A DNA stretch of 64,000 nt. Origin: the human T2T-CHM13v2.0 reference genome, Homo sapiens. The stretch lies in the NCBI RefSeq assembly GCF_009914755.1, contig NC_060930.1; one strand, given 5' to 3'. Under the pieces are notes generated by a model. That model worked only from the letters and a program-made list of their open reading frames with translations. It did not search any database and was not told where the DNA came from. This document shows positions 44,931 through 60,131 of this stretch, one piece after another. Within the stretch, counting starts at the first letter, position 1; each line of letters starts with the position of its first letter. Position numbers and translations under genes: made by a program.

Positions 44931-45816
44931 TTTATTTCTGTTCTTACTCCAACATTTTCTCATCTTTTCTCCCATCCTTTTACTTAGAAAAATGTTAAAA
45001 TTAGAGGAAATAGTACAATGAACATGAGTATTCTCTTTAATCTTATTCAATTAATATATTTCTCTGTATATGTATATATGCTTTTGTTTGGAATCATTTG
45101 AAATTAAGTGTGGATTTGTTCTCCATCTTCTTGCTCAGGATTTGGTGTGCTGCTTTTATCTGAGGACTCATTTATAAAAGAAAAAACAAAGAAAAAGCCT
45201 TTTTACTTTAAAATGATTGTAGATAAACTTAGCTTTACACAGAGTTTCTGTATTCCTTCACCCAGCTTCCCCTAATGTTAATCTCTTACATTTAATTCTT
45301 TCTTAAGTTCTGGAAAATTTCAGCCATTGCCTCTTTGGCTTTCTCGTTTTCTCTACAGTGGCCTCTGGAATGCCTCTTAGACATATTGTTGAGCATTTTA
45401 CCACCAAAGTCTCTATATTTGTTCTTTCTGTGTTCCTTTATCTGTTTAATCATCCAAGTTTTCTTGTGTAGTTTCTTTGAGACTGTCTTATTTCTGATTC
45501 TTGGGATGCTACTTCTCTTTTTGTGTCTGAGGCTTGCCCCTCTTGGTGGTTTATTTCCTTGTGTGGTTTGTAACTTTGGGTGTGAGTTCATCTCCAGGAG
45601 GGATTCTCTTTTCTGGCTGAGACTTGGGTCCTGAATTATGAAAGTATACCTCAGAGCAGCTTGTTTGCCTCTGGCGGGGCCATGAGTGTTTCAGTGGTCC
45701 TGGCTCAGTTTTTGTTCACTGCTTAGTGCGGCACCCCTTTACTACCCTAGTAGTGTAAGTTCAGTTTTATATCCATGGGCAGGACTAGCTTGGTGGCTTA
45801 AGAAAGGGTGACCTCC

Positions 45817-46110
45817 CGCCGGGCATGGTGGCTCACACCTGTAATCCCAGCACTTTGGGAGGCCGAGGCAGGGGGATCATGAGGTCAGGAGATTGAGACC
45901 ATCCTGGCTAACGCGGTGAAACCCCGTCTCTACTAAAAATACAAAAAATTAGCCGGGTGAGGTGGTGGGTGCCTGTAGTCCCAGCTGCTGGGAAGGCTGA
46001 GGCAGGAGAATGGCATGAACCCGGGAGGCAGAGCTTGCAGTGAGCTGAGATCACGCCACTGCACTGCAGCCCGGGCGACAGAGTGAGACTCTGTCTCAAA
46101 AAAAAAAAAA
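45817..46110 (+). mobile_element. AluY
   Basis: TSD AAGAAAGGGTGACCTCCC. Confidence 0.94.
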
Positions 46111-46783
46111 GAAAGGGTGACCTCCCACCCATACCTGACCCACAGAGCCTTGGAGAAGTGTTCAGCTTCTTGTTGCTTTCCTTTACTGGGCAGCCCTTTG
46201 AGGCTCTCTTCTTGATACTGGGGCTCAAAGCCACAGGCAGGCTTTAAACCGCTTCATTTGTGGGTGCGAAAGTCCACAGGCCATTGTGGTGTCAGTTCCA
46301 CTCACTGTTTATGTTTCAATTCTTCTCGCACATAGGCATTTCTCTTTCCAATTTGGCTGCATGTCTACGGACGTCATTTGTTTTATTTTATCTGGTATTT
46401 TTCTGTGATAGTGGTGGAAAGGGGAAGCTCTTTCACGTTAATTTAGTCCCGTATCCTACTGAAAGTTTGTTCAAATGCTTAGCGTGTCATATGAAGCTTT
46501 TCATGATGCAGCCCATTCTACCTCTCCTGCATAAACTTAGCTCTTAAATTTTACACTTCAGCAAATTGAACTATTTGCATACCATGTACTGTAATGTTTA
46601 AAAGCACAGGTTTTAGGGTCCAGCTGTTTGGCTTGGAACCTGTCTTTTCATAAGGTATGATTTTGGACAAGTTACTTATCCCTTCCATAACTCAGCTTTC
46701 TCATCTGTAAAATGGCAGCGTCCGGCATGCAGTAACCCTGATCCCTGTTGGCTGCCTCTGTGGTTGCTGCCCCCAGCAGTTGA

Positions 46784-47239
<456 letters not shown>

Positions 47240-48165
47240 ACGTATCTCCTTTTTTCAGCCGACTCTGACCCCCTTGAGAGCAGGGTCTTGTTTTTCTTGG
47301 TACTTGAAACTCCTTACATTCTACCTGTCATTTGGTGGGCATTCAGTGTTGGTAGTTTAATTGCATTGAATTTCTCTGGCTGAGTAGAGGCAAGTGCTGG
47401 GAGTGGTATGGGACGCAGAGGCAGGGAATGACAGCAGGAAAGCTTGTTTTTTGGCACATTTTGTGCCAAGTTGATGGAAATGTGAATCAGTATGGCTGGG
47501 ACACAAGGTAACAATTCTTAGTCTAGCTGAGGATGCCAGAGACTTAAAACAAGCCAGTGGCCAGAAAAAGCCACTAAATCTTGCAAATTAAAGTGGTTTC
47601 CAGACTTAAGAATGCATGCCCCACATTCCCTTCCCAAACTCAGCGTCTCTGAGTGCCAGGTGGAGGAATACAAACTAATTATAATCCTAGTGGGCCCTGA
47701 GAATCTTTAATTTTAGAATAAGGCTGCACTTCTGAAAGGCGCAGTTGCTTTAGGAGTAGGTGACTCTGTATGCCCGGGGCCTCCGAGGAGACCAGGATGT
47801 GAAAACTCAGTACCTGGCATTTAGAGCTGTGTCACCCATCACTTCTGACCTCGTTAAGATTTCTACCCTACTGCGACTTAACAACTAAAAAGGGCAGATG
47901 AGATAGGTCCGGGGCAGAGCTTAATGGCCTGTGTCATTCTCCTCAGCTTTGCCTGAATTCTCTGGACTCTTGAGACTCTATCATAGGAATATTCTCAGAA
48001 GAGAAGGCAATCGAACCTTTAAAGATCCCCAGATTATCCATCAGATAACAGTCTCATGAGAGTGATGAACAATGACAGCACCAACTCTCAATTCCCTTGG
48101 CTGGAATTTCAGGAATCAGCTTGAACTCAGAGGTGGGCACAGGGTTAGGGCTTGGAGTAGGCGTC

Positions 48166-48596
<431 letters not shown>

Positions 48597-49537
48597 TGAA
48601 GATACGGAAATAGTAATGCCACAAGTCCCTCTTCTTAGAGAGGAGAGCTTGCACTCTAGTTGGAGAGAATTCCTAGCACACAGAAAGCTGCAACCAGTGG
48701 TGCCCAACAGTAATGCTGTCTGATGCCACTGCATGCAAGTGTGTCCCTTTGACAACTTGGTGCTTTTGCCCAAAAGGAGCTGTTCTCTTTCTGAGGCTTG
48801 GACTATTCGTTTGTTTTTTCTCAGATGACTTGCTGGCACTGTTACAGACTGGTCTGAATTAACTAGGACTACCTTTTATCTGTTTCTGAGGAATAGCCCC
48901 AAATGTGCTCTCTCTTGGTCTTTATGAACTTTTCCTTTCTTCCATTTCTCCAAATTATGATAGATTAACTTTGCAGTGTCATCTGCTAATCTCCAAGGTC
49001 TTCTAGGGGCACGTCATCAGCAGTTGCTGCTTTTGAGGTATCAAGGTTTGTCCTGTGGAGTCTCAGATAGTTTCTTTACCTGTTCAATGAATCTGATTTT
49101 CCATTTTTCTAGGAGAGTGTATCTCAAAGTGATTGCTGAATCAGAATGTCTGGGAGTGTGACTTGGAATCTATTACTGAAGATTAGAGGAAAATGTAGCA
49201 AATTGTGATCTGAAGCATTTATGGATGGATTGATGGATTGATGGATAGGGATTCTGACTGAGTTAGGTAGTCTATAGTCTCAGACAGTTGTGGAAGCTCC
49301 ATTAGGTCATGAGCAACCCAGACTCCTTCCAATTCTGTGCCCTGCCATTCTTAGGGTGTGGCTGCTGTCCTCATGGTCCAAAATGGTTGCCGTGGTTCCA
49401 CATCTCACAGTGAGATAGAAGAAGACAGAAGAATGATGTCTCACCTCCCTTCTAAGGAGACTTCAGCAAAGCCTGCCTCTACCACTTTCTGTGACTGAGG
49501 GAAAGTTAATTCATACTCAGAGCCAATTAACCTCGTG

Positions 49538-49898
<361 letters not shown>

Positions 49899-50448
49899 TA
49901 ACACTTAGTGCAGGAGCAAGAGGATCAGGGAGCACACATACATACAAAGTGCTTGGTGCTGATGCCCAGCCTGCAGCACCTGTTCTCTAAATCATAGCAG
50001 CAATTGCTGCTGCAGCACACTTCTCTTTCTCCTCTCTCCACCGCTCCATCTCTCCAGGGTCTCTACCTTGCCTGTCAGGCTCCACTTTCCTTTGCTCCTG
50101 CCTTTTGCATCTGTTCCTCTCTGCATTCTCCCCTCATCTCCTCTCTTCCGTGCACCTCATTTTCCTGCTCCCCTCCTGCCTCTGTCCCTCATCTTCTTTT
50201 CAGAGACTTAAAACCAGCCAGTGGCCACTGGCTTTTCAGTGTCTCCTCCTCCTCCTTGAACTACCTCTTCCTTCTAGTGCTTCTGTCCTTCCCTCCTCCT
50301 GACCTCCAGTGAACAATAATTATTTGTAACGTAATGACAAATTATCGTTACGTTACAAAGACCAGAGGTTAGAGGTGGTGATTGGCCTTGTAAACTGTAG
50401 GTCAGCGATGAGTAATTTAAGAAAACTAAATTTAATTGGTTTACTCAT

Positions 50449-50894
50449 GAGTCAGTTAGGAATTCTATTTGGCAGCTAGAACAGAAATAGCAGTGGCTTA
50501 AACCAGTAGAAATTTTTTCTATTGTGAAAAGAAATCTAGGGGGACAGTCTAGGGCTTGTCTCTCCGCTCTGCCATCCTTAGTGCAGGGCGTCCAACCCCA
50601 AGGTTGTATCATGGTCTAAGATGGCTGCGGGAGCCCCAACCATCATGTCAGGTTCTAGGAAGAAAGCAGGAAGAAGAGAGGAAAGGCAAAAAGAACACAT
50701 GCTCCATCTTAAGGAGCTTTCCTGCAAGTCCCACCAAATAGCTTCAGCTTCTCCTCCTTGCCTCCATTAGTTGCAAGGGAGGCTGAGACATCATTTAGCT
50801 GAGCACATTGCTACCTGAGGTAGAATTGGGATTCTGTCACCAAGAAAGAAGGGGAGAATGGATATTGTGTAAACAATTAGCAAGGTCTGCCGCC
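50449..50894 (-). mobile_element. MLT1K/L-type MaLR LTR (old)
   Basis: GTCAGTTAGGAAT…AACAGAAA…CAGTGGCTTAAAC…AAGATGGCTGC…GCAAGGGAGGCTGAGA…GAAGGGGAGAATGGATATTG. Confidence 0.6.
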
Positions 50895-52398
50895 ATTCAT
50901 TCAACATTAATTTAGCACCTACAATCTACTAGTTATGAAGAACAGTCAAGGTGCCCCATTCCAGAGGGAAGACATAGATAAGTAAACAAGTACAGTACAC
51001 AGGATGGGTGAGGAAGAGGGGGAGAGTGGAGAAAGGCATGAAGTGGGTATCTTACATACCCTCCAAGGGCGCATTCTAGAGTTCGTCATGCAGACATTCT
51101 TGCCTGTGGTTTGTTTCCTCTTCTGCTCTCTCCTTTTTGTCATTGTCGCCATTGTTGTTGTTGGGGTTTGTTTTTGCCCCTCCATTCTGACGTCAGCAGT
51201 AGCCCCTAGAACCTTAGGAAACAGAAACAGTTGGCCTAGTGGGAAGCTCTGGGATGGGAGCCATGTGTTTGAAGAGCCAAGTCCCAGGGCCATTAGGCAA
51301 TTAGAGGCCTGTGGCAGGAGAGCATTCGTTCCTGGACATGCCGTGGCACTGCCAGGAGACTTTACTCCAGGAATGGGGTCGTTGTCAGGAGGCATGTTCT
51401 AACCAGGCACCTGGCATCACCTATACTGTGCTTGCCATAAAATGAAATTTTGGAGCAGTAAAATTCTCCAGGTCCCGTGAAATGGGTATAATTGTTTCAC
51501 CCACATTAATTTAACCAGAGGTCTTGGTATGCTATAGTGTTAATTATGTGTAAAAATACTTCTACTTACTATAAAATGTATTGACAGTTAGACATTGATA
51601 TTCCTTCTTAGAACTCAAAAATTCTAGGAATAACTTGGGAGACCCACATTATCTTTCATTTTGATCCCAAGAACATCTATTGCTGTTTCCTTTGGGAAGT
51701 TAGAGAGGCAATGGGAAGCCTGCTGCAGAGATTTTCTAAACAGGCATATCCCAGCCCCTAAGGAGTTTGAAAGTGTCAGAGAAGGCTAAAGGATTAAAAG
51801 ATCGTTTGTTCTGGCACAGTGCAATCCTTATGAGGTTGTACTGTGACCCTGGGCAAGTTACCATCCTATCCTCAGTTTCTTCATCTGTCAAATTTTGATC
51901 CTGTGGACCCTCCCCAACAGGGCTGTGATGGAAATGAAGAGACACATGGGAAGCATTCAGTATGTGTTGTTGTTATTATCATCATTATTGTTATTTTTAT
52001 TATTATTAGTGCTACTGGTAGTGCTAGCCCACTAGCCCACTGGGCAGCGACTGCACCCGTATCAGAGTGTGGAAAGCCTTGGATGCCACATTAAGGAGTT
52101 GGATTTTGTGGGCAAGGGTGTGACAGGTCATGGCTGGGCTTAGAAATGTCACTGACAGGAGTGGAGAGGCAGATCTAGGTGAGGAGTGGGCAGGGCTTGA
52201 ACCTGGCCAGTCAAGGAAAGGGGAGAATGGATACCTGAGTGGTGAGGGAGGACCCACTGGTGCTGGAGTTCAGCCTGTGTGCCCAAGGGATGGTGTCCCA
52301 TTGACTTGGGTGGGAAGCACTAGAGGTGGAGCAGTTGGGGTGGCAGGAGGGGAAAGAAGCATATGGTGATCAGCTCAGCAAACAAATGGGTAACTTGC

Positions 52399-54741
52399 GC
52401 ACTCAGTGCTCGGTGGTGCCCAGGCTGGAGTGCAGTGGCGTGGTCCCGGCTCGCTACAACCTCCACCTCCCAGCCGCCTGCCTTGGCCTCCCAAAGTGCT
52501 GAGATTGCAGCCTCTGCCCGGCCGCCACCCCGTCTGGGAAGTGAGGAGCGTCTCTGCTTGGCCACCCATCGTCTGGGATGTGGGGAGCCCCTCTGCCTGG
52601 CTGCCCAGTCTGGGAGGTGAGGAGCGTCTCCGACCGGCCGCCATCCCATCTAGGAGGTGAGGAGCGCCTCTTTCCGGCCGCCATCACATCTAGGAAGGAG
52701 GAGCGTCTCTGCCCGGCCGCCCATCGTCTGAGATGTGGGGAGCGCCTCTGCCCCGCCGCCCCGTCTGGGATGTGAGGAGCACCTCTGCCCGGCCACGACC
52801 CCGTCTGGGAGGTGAGGAGCATCTCTGCCCCGCCGCCCCGTCTGAGAAGTGAGGAGACCCTCTGCCCGGCAACCACCCCGTCTGAGAAGTGAGGAGACCC
52901 TCCACCCGGCAGCTGCCCCGTCTGAGAAATGAGGAGCCTCTCCGCCCGGCAGCCACCCCGTCTGGGAAGTGAGGAGCGTCTCCGCCCGGCAGCCACCCCG
53001 TCCGGGAGGGAGGTGGGGGGGGTCAGCCCCCCCGCCAGGCCAGCAGCCCCATCCGGGAGGGAGGTGGGGGGGTCAGCCCCACGCCCCGCCAGCCGCCCCG
53101 TCAGGGAGGGAGGTGGGGGGGTCAGCCCCCCGCCAGGCCAGCCGCCCCGTCCGGGAGGGAGGTCGGGGCGTCAGCCTCCCGCCCGGCCAGCCGCCCCGTC
53201 CGGGAGGTGAGGGGCGCCTCTGCCTGGCCACCCCTACTGGGAAGTGAGGAGCCCCTCTGCCCGGCCAGCGGCCCCGTCCGGGAGGGAGGTGGGGGGGTCA
53301 GCCCCCCGCCCGGCCAGCCGCCCCGTCAGGGAGGGAGGTAGGTTCAGCCCCCCGCCAGGCCAGCCGCCCCGTCCGGGAGGGAGGTCGGGGCGTCAGCCTC
53401 CCGCCCGGCCAGCCGCCCCGTCTGGGAGGTGAGGGGCGCCTCTGCCTGGCTGCCCCTACTGGGAAGTGAGGAGCCCCTCTGCCAGGCCAGCCGCCCCGTC
53501 CGGGAGGGAGGTGGCGGGGTCAGCCCCCCGCCCGGCCAGCCGCCCCGTCCGGGAGGGAGGTGGGGGGGTCAGCCCCCCGCCCGGCCAGCCGCCCCGTCCG
53601 GGAGGTGAGGGGCGCCTCTGCCCGGCCGCCCCTACTGGGAAGTGAGGAGCCCCTCTGCCCGGCCAGCCGCCCCATCCGGGAGGGAGGTGGGGGGGTCAGG
53701 CCCCGCCCGGCCAGCCGCCCCGTCCGGGAGGGAGGTGGGGGGGTCAGCCCCCCGCCTGGCCAGCCGCCCCGTCTGGGAGGTGAGGGGCGCCTCTGCCCGG
53801 CCGCCCCTACTGGGAAGTGAGGAGCCCCTCTGCCCGGCCAGCCGCCCCATCCGGGAGGGAGGTGGGGGGGTCAGGCCCCGCCCGGCCAGCCGCCCCGTCC
53901 GGGAGGGAGGTGGGGGGGTCAGCCCCCCGCCTGGCCAGCCGCCCCGTCTGGGAGGTGAGGGGCGCCTCTGCCTGGCCGCCCCTACTGGGAAGTGAGGAGC
54001 CCCTCTGCCAGGCCAGCCGCCCCATCCGGGAGGGAGGTGGGGGGGTCAGCCCCCCGCCGGGCCAGCCGCCCCGTCCGGGAGGGAGGTGGGAGGGGTCAGC
54101 CCCCCACCCGGCCAGCCGCCCCGTCCGGGAGGTGACGGGCGCCTCTGCCCGGCCGCCCCTACTGGGAAGTGAGGAGCCCCTCTGCCCGGCCACCACCCCG
54201 TCTGGGAGGTGTGCCCAACAGCTCATTGAGAACGGGCCAGGATGACAATGGCGGCTTTGTGGAATAGAAAGGCGGGAAAGGTGGGGAAAAGATTGAGAAA
54301 TCGGATGGTTGCCGTGTCTGTGTAGAAAGAAGTAGACATGGGAGACTTTTCATTTTGTTCTGTACTAAGAAAACTTCTGCCTTGGGATCCTGTTGATCTG
54401 TGACCTTACCCCCAACCCTGTGCTCTCTGAAACATGTGCTGTGTCCACTCAGGGTTAAACGGATTAAGGGCGGTGCAAGATGTGCTTTGTTAAACAGATG
54501 CTTGAAGGCAGCATGCTCGTTAAGAGTCATCACCACTCCCTAATCTCAAGTACCCAGGGACACAAACACTGCGGAAGGCCGCAGGGTCCTCTGCCTAGGA
54601 AAACCAGAGACCTTTGTTCACTTGTTTATCTGCTGACCTTCCCTCCACTATTGTCCTATGACCCTGCCAAATCCCCCTCTGTGAGAAACACCCAAGAATT
54701 ATCAATAAAAAATAAATAAATTTAAAAAAAAAAAAAAAAAA
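52399..54741 (+). mobile_element. SVA (SVA_F-like SINE-R), 5'-truncated, long VNTR, sense to PPARD
   Basis: Partial Alu-like domain, about 1.7 kb GC-rich VNTR, complete SINE-R, AATAAA at 54704 and poly-A. The 19-bp TSD AAACAAATGGGTAACTTGC is at 52380-52398 and 54742-54760. Confidence 0.96.
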
Positions 54742-55370
54742 AAACAAATGGGTAACTTGCTGCCTGCCAGGGACTCCTGTGGCCTGGCATGAAGATAATT
54801 GACTGTGTTTTGAACGCATTATAAGGCCCCTGCGAGGCCTCCGTGTGGTATTTAGACAGTCAGCAGGAGAGAGGCCCCGGACAGTGGTGTGGGATGCAGT
54901 CCCGGTGTGTGAAATTGCCAGTGGTTGGATTGTGCAGCGGATGGATTGAGCAGGGAAGCCAGCCAAGAACAGAATGGGGTGGGGAGGGCGTTGGGGGTAG
55001 GAAAGGAGGATCATCATTTCAAGGGCGGGTGAGGGAAGAACAAGCAGCAGAGTGCAAAGCCCCCAGAGGGAAGGGCGATCCTTATGAGGTTGGACTGTGA
55101 CCCTGGGCAAGTTACCCTCCTGTCCTCGGGAGGAAGTGGTTGACAGAATCATTGCAGCAGTGAGATGGAAGCAGGACCAGGGCAGCAGCCAAGGGCCTCT
55201 TAGATGGCGGGGCGAGAGGAGGTCATCCAGGACCTCCAAGAGAACTGTTTCAAAATGGGAGGAGAAAGCAGTGTTCCTCTGGTGGTGGTTCTAATGCTTT
55301 GTATTTGTAGTTCTTAGTCGTTTTCAAGGCCCTTTGCATTCTTTGCATCGTGCTCTCTTACCACGATGCA

Positions 55371-56017
<647 letters not shown>

Positions 56018-56723
56018 CTAACCTTGGTTTATATATTTGTCAGGAGGTGGGGGAAACCTGCTTTCCCCCACCTCCTGACAAATATATAAACTGGAAATTG
56101 ATCCAGTCCTGGATCAGTTTGGGTCACACAACAGGGTCGGCAGTGTTGGCCCACAGAGGGCCCTGGGCCCCTTATTTCCCCTTTGGCCCTAGGCTCTGAG
56201 CTCTCAGGTTTTGGCTACCAAGCAAAAGGTGGAGTTGCATCAGTTGTTGCTCTTTACCAGGCCCCCAGGGGTTGCTGTCGGTGAGCTCACAGGATGTTTT
56301 CTTCTCTCTGCTTTGACTTGTGCTGAATTTCTGACTGACCCCATGCAGCATCTGCGTGGCTTCTGGGGCCCGAGCCCAGGTTTCAGCAAGCTGCCCATGG
56401 TTTACCCTCAGGATGAACTCTAGGAAGCTGGGGAGCACTGTGGTGGTGGTATAAGTTCAGCCCCTCATTTTAGTTTATTTTTATGTTAAAATGTTTATTA
56501 ATACAAAATAACACATAGATCAGAATGTTGTATGACAGAAAGGGACTGACTGGACTCAGGATCTCCCACCCCAGCCCCAGGGGTGAAGGTGAAGGTGATT
56601 GGTTTCCTGGGTATCGTTCCTTCCACGGTTTTTCCATGCACGCTCTCATGTGCGTGTGTTTTTATCCTCATCCTGCTCTTCACCGTGGCAGTGGGGAGCA
56701 CACTAAATTGCTCTGACACCTAG

Positions 56724-57117
<394 letters not shown>

Positions 57118-57508
57118 TAAAGCTTTTTTGTTGTACATATGATGTATGTTAGGTGGACTGTGGCTTATAAAACCTCTTCATAGCTGTTTTCCAGTGCGAT
57201 CCTTCTAGCCCTGTGAGGAAGACAGACCAGAAGAAATTTTTTGCAGCTTAGGATACTCTGCAAACAAGGAGGAAGTGAGAGGAGTTGGGGCTCATTTAAT
57301 GCAGACTAAAACAGGATCTTTCCTTTGAGAGACTGAGACAGGATGAGGAGCAGGCTGTAGATGTGCACACATATCCACTCAGAGAGAACATGAGAGGCAG
57401 CATCTGCAGAGGAGCCTGGTGGGCAGCACGTGCCGCGGGGGCAGGAAGGGGAGAGCTTCCGGGAAGGGGATGGAACTTGAGCCAAACCTTTTTCTCAAAA
57501 AGAGGGGA

Positions 57509-57928
<420 letters not shown>

Positions 57929-58108
57929 TCATTGACTTATCAGACATCTAAATGCCTGCTGCGTGCCCAGCACTGTAGAGGGCCACAAGGCAGCAGGAAC
58001 CTCTCAGTGCCTGCCCTCTGTGGGCTCTGACTCCAACCAGGAGAAACTGGACGCACAACAGCAGGCAAAACTAGCTGATGGTGATAGAGGTCAGAAGAGT
58101 GGTTTACA

Positions 58109-58270
58109 GCCAGGCACAGTGACTCACACCTGTAATCCCAGTACTTTGGGAGGCTGAGGTGGGAGGATAGCTTGAGCCTAGGAGGCTGAGGCTGCAGTGA
58201 GCTGTGATCAGGCCACCACTGCATTCCAGCTTGGCCTGGACAACAGAGCAAGACCCTGTCTCAAAAAAAG
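58109..58270 (+). mobile_element. Alu monomer (FRAM-like or internally deleted)
   Basis: Single right-arm-type monomer. Confidence 0.82.
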
Positions 58271-58365
58271 CGGAGTAGTTACTTATTGTGGAGATTAGCT
58301 GTTCAGGGGCACAAAGAACCTTGTAGGGTGCTGGAAATGTTTACTGTCTTGACCTGGGTGATGGG

Positions 58366-58689
<324 letters not shown>

Positions 58690-59816
58690 TGGGTGATGGT
58701 TTTATGGTGGTATATAAATGTAGGAATTCATGGGGCTTATTATGTTTAAGATTAATGCAGATTGCATACTCTAACCATGAGTATGTTATACCCCAATTAT
58801 AAATCAAGCAGGCAAATAAATAGCATATTCCCCAAAATAAAGAAGTAAAATGCAATAGCAAGAAAGTGTGCAAAGAGCTATGCCTGGGAAAATACAGGAA
58901 CTGTATCATTTTGAAAGGGTGAGAGATGAGATTTCAGACCCTCACCCTCTCTCACTGTGTCATTTCTGAAGGGCCCTGGTGACTTTCTTTGCCCCTCTCC
59001 ACTCTTACAGTCATTGGAACCAGAGGGCAGAACCCCGGGCCTCAAAATTAAGTCTATACACCTTAGAAACTAGGAATTCAAGGCTAGCCAGGTCCTGGCC
59101 CTTTATCTGTCCTTCAGAGAGTGGGGTGCCCCAGCCAAAGCGGACAGCTCGCCATTCCCAGATGTGCCCTGTGTTCTCGGCTGCGTTGCCTGACTCACCT
59201 TGGCCTTCCCTGGGAGTGCCTTTTCTAGTTTTCTGGCCCAGCTAGAAGAAAGGGCCATTACACCTACTCCAGAATCATCCCTGCTGCTCCCAAGTTGGAA
59301 TATTTCTTCCTCCACAGTGGCCACCTCTTATGTGCCCTCCATCACACAGTTTGTATACTTACCTCTTCAAGGGCAGGCTGTGTTTTACTCCTTTTGTCAT
59401 CTCTCCCCATAGGGGTCTAGGTCAGTGCTTTTGTACATGGTGCCTGAAACAGTCCCATAAATGATATTTTATTTGAGTGGGGCTCTCTGGCTGGAGCTAC
59501 TAGGTGGAATGTTGCCATGTGGGAGCAGGGGTCATAACGAAGGCTGGCCATCAAGATGCTGGTACTTCCAAATTCCCAACAGTTATTAACTTTCAGGATT
59601 GAGGAACAAGTAATAGAAATTCCCTGGAATGCCCAAAATCATAACTTTTTCTATATCTTTCCTAACACTTTATGAGTTTTTAAATAAGGAGTGGTCATAA
59701 TAATAAATGGAATTATTTTTTCTGTGATAAAATTTCAGAGGTGTTTCTGTAAAAAAAAAAGAAAGAAAAGAAAAAGAGAAAAAAAGATGTAACATTAAAT
59801 GCGTGGTTTGGTGGTT

Positions 59817-60131
59817 TGGTTGGGCACAGTGGCTCACACCTGTAATCCCAGCACTTTGAGAGGCCAAGGCAGGAGGATGGCTTGAGCTCAGGAGTTTGAG
59901 ACCAGCCTGTTAACAGAGAAAGATTTTGTCTCTATTAAAAATAAAAAAAATTAGCCAGCATGGTGGCATGTGCCTGTAGTCCCAGTTACTCAGGAGGCTG
60001 AGGCAGGAGGATCACTGGAGCCCAGGAGTTTGTGGCTGCAGTGAGCTATGATAGCACCACTCCGGGTGGTGACAGTCTTGGTGACAGAGTGAGACCCCAT
60101 CTAAAAAATTAAAATAATAAAAATAAAATAA
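59817..60131 (+). mobile_element. AluJ
   Basis: Diverged full Alu. Confidence 0.88.

Noticed and set aside
50946-51402. Antiparallel 149-aa and 132-aa ORFs, one with a hydrophobic stretch
   Set aside because: The hydrophobicity comes from T-rich/(GTT)n low-complexity sequence; there is no recognisable family.
52399-52480. Assignment of the intronic SVA to MAST2-SVA_F1
   Set aside because: It retains Alu-like sequence upstream of the CAG|CCGCC junction and has no MAST2 exon sequence.
52454-54536. Many overlapping Pro/Arg/Gly-rich ORFs, and tandem repeats resembling a CRISPR-like array
   Set aside because: These are SVA VNTR units, GC-rich and poor in stop codons, with no unique spacers. The same applies to 8765-10131.
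56095-56120. Short hairpins (56095-56120, 61008-61031, 36027-36049)
   Set aside because: Arms of 7-12 bp are too short to distinguish from chance or neutral micro-duplication.
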